DNA from: Dehalococcoidia bacterium
GTDB lineage: Bacteria; Chloroflexota; Dehalococcoidia; DSTF01; JACRBR01
Direction of reading: 5' to 3'
DNA: 20,000 nt
Assembly (NCBI GenBank): GCA_041494685.1
Contig: JBGQBE010000004.1
Coordinates: 118,059-138,058, forward strand
Position numbers and translations under genes: made by a program. Positions 8,093-15,108 of this stretch are shown here, piece by piece (positions within the stretch are counted from its first letter, which is position 1; each line of letters begins with the position of its first letter). The notes under the pieces are model-generated. The model had not been told where the DNA came from. It ran no database searches and saw nothing but the letters and a program-made list of their open reading frames with translations.

Positions 8093-9393
8093 GCCGCCGC
8101 GTACCTCTCGCCCAGGTGCCGCTCCGGGCGGCGCACCGCCTCGAACGCGAAGACGGCGCCGCGCGCGCCGAGAAGGGCGATCGCGAAGACGATGGGGTAG
8201 TGGAAGCGTGCGTCGCCGAAGAAGAGCAGGTGCGTGGCGGTCCACAGCAGCACCATGGCAGGCAGCACGCCGGCGAGACCTTTGAGGCGCTCGCGGCCGG
8301 CGAGCAGGCCGATGCCGGCAAAGGCCAGCGCACCGAACCAGAAGGCGTTCGCCGCACCGCGCAACCACTCCTCGGCGGAGTCCGACGCGTAGTACCCGGG
8401 CTGGTAGCCGGCGTTCCAGTCGAGCGCGGTGGCGTCAGACTCGTACAGGGCACGAACCTTGCTGCCCGCGAGTCGCAACTCGGCGGTGGGGTGAGTGGAC
8501 ATGTAGGCGAGGCCCTTCCTGAGCGCCAACCGGTCGGCCTTCACCTCGTACTCCGGCTGGGTGAGAGCGCCGCGCTCCGGCTGCGGCGGCTCGGCCTCCG
8601 CGATGCCCATGCGCCCGGACGCGCCCGCGTGGTTCCCGATCCAGAGGTTCGGGCCGAAGTTGGTCGCGATGAGCACCGGGCTGCCCAAACGATGCTGGTT
8701 GCGCACGACCCACGGCGCGATGAGCACGCCGGTCACGAACGCGGCCAGCATAACCCAGGCTACCGCGGGTCGCCACCGGTAACCGGCCATGCCCCAGGCC
8801 AGCAGCGCGAGCGGCAGCAGCAGCAGCGCCTGTCCGCGGGTCAGCGTGGCGGCGGCGGTCACGACGCCGAAGAGCATGATCAACGGACCGCGCCAGCGCC
8901 CCGCGTCCGGAACCAGGACGATCAGCAGCACGCCGGTCACGAAGAGCAGCGTGAAGAGCGGCTCTGACAGCGTGAGCGACGCGAAGTAGACCTGCCCCGG
9001 CCAGATCGCCATCGCAGCCGCGGCGATGATCGCCGTGCGCCGGTCGAAGAGCCGCAACCCCAGCGCGTAGGTTGCCGCCACGGTCAGCGCCGCAAGCGCG
9101 ACGTTGAGACCATAGGTCTGCACGAGCCCTTCACCCAGCGCCGAGAAGACCATGCCGAGGAAGACCGGGTAGCCGGGCGGCCACGCGGCGGTCGGGGTGC
9201 CGGTAAACGGGTTCACGTAGCCGTCGCCGTTTGCGAAGTAGTGCGCGGCGACGCGGTACCAGGCGGTGTCGTCGAAGCGACCGTCAGTGGGGTTGGGATG
9301 CACCCACAGCGCCCAGGCGACGCGAACCGCGACGGCGACGCAGAGCATCAGCCCGAGGGCGGGGAGGTGCCGTCGGATCTGGTGGGTCGCCAA
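8089..9393 (-). CDS. GT-C membrane glycosyltransferase (ArnT/PMT_2-like), 434 aa
   Basis: Multi-TM. HPNPTDGRFDDTAWY, WPPGYP, TLSEPLFTLLF, PWVVRN, FFGDARFHYP. TTG start 9 nt after the upstream stop. Confidence 0.87.
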   Translation of the reverse strand: MATHQIRRHLPALGLMLCVAVAVRVAWALWVHPNPTDGRFDDTAWYRVAAHYFANGDGYVNPFTGTPTAAWPPGYPVFLGMVFSALGEGLVQTYGLNVALAALTVAATYALGLRLFDRRTAIIAAAAMAIWPGQVYFASLTLSEPLFTLLFVTGVLLIVLVPDAGRWRGPLIMLFGVVTAAATLTRGQALLLLPLALLAWGMAGYRWRPAVAWVMLAAFVTGVLIAPWVVRNQHRLGSPVLIATNFGPNLWIGNHAGASGRMGIAEAEPPQPERGALTQPEYEVKADRLALRKGLAYMSTHPTAELRLAGSKVRALYESDATALDWNAGYQPGYYASDSAEEWLRGAANAFWFGALAFAGIGLLAGRERLKGLAGVLPAMVLLWTATHLLFFGDARFHYPIVFAIALLGARGAVFAFEAVRRPERHLGERYAAA

Positions 9394-9402
9394 TGGTACC
9401 GA

Positions 9403-10914
9403 TCAGTCCTGTGGATTCGTCTGGCGCTTCACCGTGGCGGGCGTGACCGCCTCTAGGTGGCCGTCGGTGTCCAGCTCCGCCACGTAGGGCGCGGTGCGGA
9501 GCGTCTTCTGGAGTCGCGCCATGTCGGCGCTGGTGAGGGCGCGGACGCTGACGCCCTTGCCCCAGAGGGCGCGCCCAACGGAGGTCATCCACGTCGGCTG
9601 CCAGTACGGGTTCGTCCACAGCCCCTGGTCATCGACGACGTAGACCGTGGTGCCCTCGGGCACGGTGCTGTAGTTGGAGCGCAGGCCATCGGCGAGCAGC
9701 TGCCAGCGGTCGGTCTGGTCGAGGAACGGCTGCGTCTGGTGGATCGTCTGCCAGCCGTACAGCCCGCCGACGCTGATCAGCGCTGCCGCCGCGAGCGCGT
9801 GGGCGCCCGGGCGCCAGAGGCGCGTCGCGTGGTGGTACACCCAGCCGGCCGCGACGGCGATCAGGATCGCGAAGAAGGGCGTGGACATGTAGGTGTAGCG
9901 GGTGGCGGTCCACATCTTGCCCGGCACGTACGGCATGACGCCGATCACCATGCCGACAGCGGCGAAGCGCGCCAGATGGGGGCCGCGTACGAAGAAGAAG
10001 ATCGCGGAGGCGATGACGGCGGAGCCCCACACCCATTCGAGTGTTGTCGGCTCCTTGGGGATCGCACCGACGGGATACGCCAGGCGCGACATGTAGATGA
10101 AGGTCTCGCGCGGGATGTGCCAGCCGACGCCGTAGAAGCCGCCCTCGACGCCCTGGCAGCCGCAGCCGCTGAGCCCGCCCACGAGCAGGATCGACGCGAT
10201 GGCGAACGGCGTCATCTTCAGCAGGAAGTCGAGCGGATCACGCCGCCGCACCAGCGACGTCGTCGCGAAGTAGACGAAGAGCACCGCGCCGAGCACGACG
10301 CCGCCTTCGTTCGCGAGGAAGCCGGCGATGAAGAGCAGCAACGAAGCCCAATACCAGGCGGCGCGCCGCTCGGCACTTTCGACGTAGCGGTGCAGCGAGT
10401 AGAGCGACGTGATGAGCAGGAACTCGCTGAACACGTGAGGGAAGGCGGTGATGTACGTGATGGTGTGCACGGCCGACGCGGACACGGCGAAGATCAGGGC
10501 GGCGGCCGTGGCGACGAAGACACGCTTCGTCAGCGAGAGCACCAGGGCGTAGAGCACCACGACGCTGGCGACGTGGAACGAGAGATTGACGATACGCCAG
10601 GGCAGCGCGTTGAAGCCGAAGGCCTTGAACTCACCCCAGTACACCAGCATCGTGAGCGGCCGCCAGTTGGGCGTCATGTCGCGCAGCAGGAACACGTCGC
10701 GCATATACGACGGGAAGGTGCGGGACTGGATGTCGCCGAGCACCAGGAAGTCGTCGCCGAAGAAGTAGAAATGCATCGTGGGCACGTGGATGCCGACGAC
10801 GAGGCCGATGATCGCCAGCAAGGGGACGTGGCGGGCAGCTTTGCGGAGTGCTCCGGTCAGAGCGGCGCCGTCGGGGCGCTCGAACACGGAAGCATGCGTG
10901 GCGACGACAGCCAT
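9403..10914 (-). CDS. Multi-pass membrane protein, probable GT-C glycosyltransferase of a different subfamily (503 aa)
   Basis: Acidic pair after the first TM (FFGDDF), then WRPL, NLSFH, about 11 hydrophobic segments, a late RYTY motif and a soluble C-terminal domain. Confidence 0.72.
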   Translation of the reverse strand: MAVVATHASVFERPDGAALTGALRKAARHVPLLAIIGLVVGIHVPTMHFYFFGDDFLVLGDIQSRTFPSYMRDVFLLRDMTPNWRPLTMLVYWGEFKAFGFNALPWRIVNLSFHVASVVVLYALVLSLTKRVFVATAAALIFAVSASAVHTITYITAFPHVFSEFLLITSLYSLHRYVESAERRAAWYWASLLLFIAGFLANEGGVVLGAVLFVYFATTSLVRRRDPLDFLLKMTPFAIASILLVGGLSGCGCQGVEGGFYGVGWHIPRETFIYMSRLAYPVGAIPKEPTTLEWVWGSAVIASAIFFFVRGPHLARFAAVGMVIGVMPYVPGKMWTATRYTYMSTPFFAILIAVAAGWVYHHATRLWRPGAHALAAAALISVGGLYGWQTIHQTQPFLDQTDRWQLLADGLRSNYSTVPEGTTVYVVDDQGLWTNPYWQPTWMTSVGRALWGKGVSVRALTSADMARLQKTLRTAPYVAELDTDGHLEAVTPATVKRQTNPQD

Positions 10915-10978
10915 CTAGATCAGGTCTCCGCGGGTATTGATAGTGCGCCGCCCAAGGACGTACTTGGACGTCTCCGCG

Positions 10979-11007
10979 ATCGTAACATCGGTATTTCGCG
11001 GCTGCAA
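10979..11007 (-). promoter_or_regulatory. Putative sigma70 promoter of the glycosylation operon
   Basis: TTGCAG-17 nt-TACGAT with an extended -10 TG, in an AT-richer intergenic stretch. Confidence 0.6.
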
Positions 11008-11096
11008 TAGAGTGCCGGTCACGATCTGCTCCTGATGTTAAGCGGGATCGAAGGCGCCTGACGCCGCCTGGCCCGGTAGGACGGCCGGGCGGGCGG

Positions 11097-11588
11097 CTAC
11101 GTTTCGTCCGCCAGCGTGCGGTACCTGCCGCGGAAGAAGAGCAGCGGCTCCATCTCCGTCTTGACGCCGCCACCGACGACTTCGCCCAGGAAGATGGAGT
11201 GGTCGCCGCCTTCCAGCACTTCGGCGACGCGGCATTCGATGAAGGCGAGGCAGTCGTCGAGGATCGGCGCGCCCATCCGGCCGATGGTGTAGCTCTGGCC
11301 CCGGAGCGAGCCGGCCTCCGGCTCGCCGCGCCTGGCGAAGACGCGCGATACGGCCTCCTGGTGCTCGCCGAGAACGTTCACGACGAACACGCCGCTCCCT
11401 TCGAGCACGCCGTGCGTATACGTCGCCTTGTCTACGCAGACGAGGAGCAACACGGGATCGAGCGAGAGCGACGTGATCGCGTTGGCGGTCATGCCGTGCA
11501 GCTTGTCGCCCGCGGCGGTGGTGATGACCGTCACGCCGGTCGCGAAGTGGCCGATGATGTTGCGGAACTCCAACGGGTCGACGGACAC
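11097..11588 (-). CDS. Flavin reductase family protein (HpaC/NtaB/RutF-like), 163 aa
   Basis: FRNIIGHFATGVTVITT, GMTANAITSLSLDPVLLLVCV, GGDHSIFLGEV, PLLFFRGRY. GTG at 11588 with GGAGA RBS. Confidence 0.93.
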   Translation of the reverse strand: MSVDPLEFRNIIGHFATGVTVITTAAGDKLHGMTANAITSLSLDPVLLLVCVDKATYTHGVLEGSGVFVVNVLGEHQEAVSRVFARRGEPEAGSLRGQSYTIGRMGAPILDDCLAFIECRVAEVLEGGDHSIFLGEVVGGGVKTEMEPLLFFRGRYRTLADET

Positions 11589-11625
11589 GGTGCGATCTCC
11601 GGGAACGCGGCGCGGTTGACGCGGC

Positions 11626-11634
11626 ACTATAGCA
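11626..11634 (-). promoter_or_regulatory. Putative extended -10 promoter of the flavin reductase gene
   Basis: TGCTATAGT on the minus strand, 38 nt upstream of the start codon. Confidence 0.5.
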
Positions 11635-11644
11635 TCGGCCGCGC

Positions 11645-12874
11645 TTAGCGACCGGCTTCGGGCGGCGGCACCGGCACGGCCTCGTGCTCGGGCCGGACCG
11701 TCCGAAACTGCGCGAGCAGCAGGAGGTCGTAGACGATCTTCAGCGAGCCGGCAACGACCAGCGGCCACGCGAAGGTCGACGCGCCGAGCAGCGCGCCCGC
11801 GAGCACGGGACTGCCCGCCGACGACAGGCTGCGTGAGACGCCCGTGACGCTGGCGGCCGCGGCGCGCTCATCCGGATCGACGACCGCCATCGAGTATGCC
11901 TGGCGCGTGGGCACGTCCATCTGCGAGAGCGACTGGCGTGCGAGGAGCATCGCCACGGCCAGCCAGACATTGGGCATCACGGCCACCAGGATCAAAAGGA
12001 TGTTGGAGGGGAGGTGGGTGAATACCATCGTGTTGATCAGCCCGAACCGGTCGGCGATACGCGCGGCAACGAGGAACGAGAACGCCGTGAAGATGCCGGC
12101 GACGAAGAAGATCACCGCGGCCTGGTCGACCGACAGTCCGTAGCGCTTGAAGAGCCACAGCGCGAGGATCGACTGCACGATGAAGCCGCCCGCGAACGCA
12201 TCGAGCGCGAAGAGCGACGAGAGGCGCAGCACGACGCCGCGCGAGCGGTGCAGCGGTGCGTTGCGCTTGTGGTCGCGAGGCTCGATCGCCGGGGAGAGCG
12301 AGCGGTACACCGCGAGGTTGACGACGGCGAGGGCGGCGTACAGCACGAACATCGCGCGCATCGACTCGAGCAGATCCCAGCCGAGCCAGTGGTGCATCAG
12401 GCCGGGCGCGCCGGCGAAGAGCGCGCCGGATGCCGATGCCAGCGCGCCGAGCAGGTTGTAGCGCGCAAAGAGGCGCGTCCGCGCGGCGACGTCCACCGTC
12501 TGCGGCAGGATCGCCTGCTCGACCGGCAGGAACACGCTGACGTCGCCGGCGCTTGGGTTGAGCGTGCCGACGACCGCGATGAGCAGCACCGGCACGAAGC
12601 TGCTCGCCGACGCGAACGCCAGGCCCGTGCCGGTCGCGAGCACCGCCGCCGCCAGCAGCACGCGCCGCCGCCCCAGGCGGTCGGCCAGCGCGCCGGCGAG
12701 CAGCGTGGCGAGCGCCGTGCCGAGCAGCGTCGCCGTGGCGACGGCGCCCACGCGGATGCCGGAGAAGCCCAATTGCGCGAGGAAGCTGGCGAGGAGCACA
12801 CTGACAAAGCCGTCGGAGAACGAGCGCACGCTCTTGGTGACGAGCAGCAGGGTCGCATCGTGGTTCGGCATCAC
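11645..12874 (-). CDS. MFS transporter (about 12 TM)
   Basis: Motif A GALADRLGRRRVL and repeat ADRFGLINTMVFTHLPSN. Family-like segments GTLNPSAGDVSVFLPVEQA and SQMDVPTRQAY. Confidence 0.93.
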   Translation of the reverse strand: MMPNHDATLLLVTKSVRSFSDGFVSVLLASFLAQLGFSGIRVGAVATATLLGTALATLLAGALADRLGRRRVLLAAAVLATGTGLAFASASSFVPVLLIAVVGTLNPSAGDVSVFLPVEQAILPQTVDVAARTRLFARYNLLGALASASGALFAGAPGLMHHWLGWDLLESMRAMFVLYAALAVVNLAVYRSLSPAIEPRDHKRNAPLHRSRGVVLRLSSLFALDAFAGGFIVQSILALWLFKRYGLSVDQAAVIFFVAGIFTAFSFLVAARIADRFGLINTMVFTHLPSNILLILVAVMPNVWLAVAMLLARQSLSQMDVPTRQAYSMAVVDPDERAAAASVTGVSRSLSSAGSPVLAGALLGASTFAWPLVVAGSLKIVYDLLLLAQFRTVRPEHEAVPVPPPEAGR

Positions 12875-12880
12875 GCGCGC

Positions 12881-12886
12881 ACTATA
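12881..12886 (-). promoter_or_regulatory. -10 element positioned for a leaderless MFS transcript
   Basis: TATAGT, then 6 nt, then GTGATG. No Shine-Dalgarno sequence in between. Confidence 0.5.
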
Positions 12887-12930
12887 CGACGCGCTGACCC
12901 GCGGCGAGCGGCGAGGAGAGGAGCGGCACG

Positions 12931-13350
12931 ATGAAGTGGGTGACCCGGGAGCGCGTGAAGGTGGACCGCGTGGCCTGTCCGTGGCTGATCCGGAGGTTCG
13001 TCGACCCGCAGGCGGAGTTCCTGTTCGTGGCAGCGGACCAGGTTGCCGCTGTCTCGGCGGCGGAGGGTGCGACGGCCTTCGACGTGCCCGGCGCGGATCT
13101 CGGCCACCACGGCGACGCGTGCAGCTTCGACGCGTTCATCGAGACGTACCGGCTGGGCGGCGATCCTGCGCTCGCGAAGATGCGCCTGATCGTGCGCGGC
13201 GCGGACACGGCGGCGCGTAGCATCGCGCCGGAAGCGGCAGGGCTGTACGCGATCGCGACGGGCTTCGCGGCGAGCGGTCACACCGATCACGAGCTGCTGG
13301 AACTGGAGTTCCCGGTCTACGACGCGCTCTACCGCTTCTGCCAGCAGTAG
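12931..13350 (+). CDS. Chromate-resistance ChrB C-terminal domain protein (stand-alone, ChrF-like)
   Basis: MKWVTRERVKVDRVACPWLIRRFVDPQAEFLFV, FDVPG, HHGDACSFD, IVRGADT, PEAAGL, YDALY. GAGGAG RBS. Confidence 0.92.
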   Translation: MKWVTRERVKVDRVACPWLIRRFVDPQAEFLFVAADQVAAVSAAEGATAFDVPGADLGHHGDACSFDAFIETYRLGGDPALAKMRLIVRGADTAARSIAPEAAGLYAIATGFAASGHTDHELLELEFPVYDALYRFCQQ

Positions 13351-13402
13351 ACGCGCGTTCGCGCGCCGCGCGCTACCGGGGGATGTCTGTGAGAACGTGG
13401 CA

Positions 13403-13428
13403 GGCGCGGGCTAAACGCCCGCGCCACG
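13403..13428 (-). repeat. REP-like palindrome with a GTGG foot between convergent genes; may also act as a terminator
   Basis: Minus strand CGTGGCGCGGGC-GTTTA-GCCCGCGCC, 9-bp stem. Confidence 0.5.
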
Positions 13429-13473
13429 GAGATCCGGGGATTCTTCCGCGCCCGGTTAGCCGAGTGGATACGG

Positions 13474-13773
13474 TTACTCTTCGTCGAGCGGGACGATCAT
13501 GCTCGCGTGCTCGGAGCGCAGCAGGACAAACGGCGCCGAGTCGACCTCCCCGTCGATAGCCCCGCCCTCGAGGGAGCGGATCTGGACGTCGGTGAGCAGG
13601 ATGTACCGCTCGGAACTGGCGGAGTTGCGCAACGAGTCGCTGAGGCGTACGCCGGCCGGGTGGGCGTAGAGGCCCTCGAGCACCCCCGATGGGGTGAAGA
13701 TGCGGACGCGCGTCGTCGCGCGCACCAGGTATTCGGCCGATGGGGCTGCCGCGTGGTTCGATGATCCGTCCAT
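13474..13773 (-). CDS. Hypothetical protein (99 aa, resembles DUF6812-type small beta proteins)
   Basis: Strong GAGGAGG RBS. VRIFT..LEG..HP...RLSD.L...YILLTDVQI pattern. Family assignment is from recall, not from a search. Confidence 0.7.
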   Translation of the reverse strand: MDGSSNHAAAPSAEYLVRATTRVRIFTPSGVLEGLYAHPAGVRLSDSLRNSASSERYILLTDVQIRSLEGGAIDGEVDSAPFVLLRSEHASMIVPLDEE

Positions 13774-13789
13774 CGCCGACCTCCTCTCC

Positions 13790-14416
13790 CTACAGGTCTT
13801 CCACCAGACCGGCCGCCAGCAGATGGGCGCGGTCGTTCATCTGGAGCAGGACGGCGCTACCGTCACTCACCTCAAGTATCGACCGCGCGGCGAGATCCTG
13901 TTTGAGGCGGCGGAATCCGGAGAGGGGCAATTCCAGTGCCCGGCATATCAGGACGAGGATGACGAAGTTGTGCGTGACGGCGATCACCTCGCCCTCTGGG
14001 TGGAGACCGCGCATGCGCTGGACGGCCGCCCAGGCGCGATCCTGCACCTCGCGCAGCGTCTCGCCGCCGGGCATACGGGCGTCGGCGGCGTCAGCGGAGA
14101 GCCACTGCCGGAGGAAGTCCGGATAGCGTTCGCGAAGCTCCGCGCCGGTCAGGTGCTCCATCTCGCCCACATCCATCTCGATGAGTGACGGCTCGACGAG
14201 CACGACGGATCCGGTGCGCGCGGCGATGGTCGCGGCGGTGTCGCGGGCGCGGGAGAGAGGGCTCGTGTAGATGGCGGCCGGCGGGCGCGTGAAGGAGGCG
14301 GCGACGGCGTCGGCCTGCGCGCGGCCGCGCGCGTTCAGCGGCACGTCGAAGCGGCCGAGCGTGAGCCGGCCGCGGTTGTGCTCGGTCTCGCCGTGGCGCA
14401 CGAGCACGAGGCGCAT
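13790..14416 (-). CDS. Histidine phosphatase (phosphoglycerate mutase/CobC-like), 208 aa
   Basis: MRLVLVRHGET, YTSPLSRARDTA, EMDVGEME, PGGET, VTH. ATG at 14416 overlaps the upstream stop (TGATG). Confidence 0.93.
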   Translation of the reverse strand: MRLVLVRHGETEHNRGRLTLGRFDVPLNARGRAQADAVAASFTRPPAAIYTSPLSRARDTAATIAARTGSVVLVEPSLIEMDVGEMEHLTGAELRERYPDFLRQWLSADAADARMPGGETLREVQDRAWAAVQRMRGLHPEGEVIAVTHNFVILVLICRALELPLSGFRRLKQDLAARSILEVSDGSAVLLQMNDRAHLLAAGLVEDL

Positions 14417-15102
14417 CAGGAGGCGAACCTGCCGCGCTTCCGCCACGCTTCGCGTGACGGCGAGGTGCCGGCGAGCACGAGGCCTGTGCGGTGGATGCGC
14501 GACGGCGCGCCGAATCCGAGCGCGGCGGCCACCTGTTCGGGGCGGCCGCTGCCGGTGTTGTCGTTCTTCAGCCGCATCCGCAGCCGGACGGTCGCCGCGT
14601 CGACACGGACGAGTTCGATCTCTTCGACCTGGGCGCGGATATCGTAGGCGCGCACCTCGTCCTCCCGCTTGTGCTCCCACGGCACGGTGTCGGCCGCGAG
14701 AAAGCGCTCGACCGCGGTTTCGGCGCCGGCCGTAGCTGGCACGTCCACCTCGTACTCGGCGAAGCGCACTTCCGCCTGCAGCGCCGGCAGGCCGACGCCC
14801 ACGTCCTCGACCGAACGGACGCCGATCGCGGGCGGGAGCTGCGACGCGACGGCGCTGATCAGCTCGCGCGGGGGCATCGGCTCCGAAAGGAAGACGTCCA
14901 TCAGCTCGGCGTCGCTGGTGGTGCCCACGGGCAGCGGCGCGGCGAGCGAGATCTGGGCGTGGGGCGAGAAGCCCTCCGAATAGGACACGGGGACGCCCGC
15001 GCGGCGCAGGGCGCGCTCCCAGAACCGCATCAGGTCCAGGTGCGTGATGTACTTGACGTCTTCGCCTCGCGTGAACGTCACGCGCAGCCGCTGTGCCTTC
15101 AT
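14416..15102 (-). CDS. DUF2344 / TIGR03936 radical SAM-linked protein
   Basis: KYITHLDLMRFWERALRRAGVPVSYSEGFSPH..ISLAAPLPVG..SDAE, and C-terminal GSGRPE...IHRTGL. Confidence 0.9.
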   Translation of the reverse strand: MKAQRLRVTFTRGEDVKYITHLDLMRFWERALRRAGVPVSYSEGFSPHAQISLAAPLPVGTTSDAELMDVFLSEPMPPRELISAVASQLPPAIGVRSVEDVGVGLPALQAEVRFAEYEVDVPATAGAETAVERFLAADTVPWEHKREDEVRAYDIRAQVEEIELVRVDAATVRLRMRLKNDNTGSGRPEQVAAALGFGAPSRIHRTGLVLAGTSPSREAWRKRGRFAS

Positions 15103-15108
15103 TGGTCC

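Noticed and set aside
2663..9393. Canonical arn (L-Ara4N lipid A modification) operon
   Set aside because: No ArnA formyltransferase, ArnB aminotransferase, ArnD or ArnEF, and several ArnT-like copies instead of one.
9457..11010. 517-aa plus-strand ORF and similar plus-strand ORFs across 1743-8967
   Set aside because: Antisense shadows of the HEAT and glycosylation genes.
11063..11097. GC-rich hairpin after the flavin reductase stop as an intrinsic terminator
   Set aside because: The stem is interrupted and has no adjacent U-tract; such stems arise easily by chance at this GC content.
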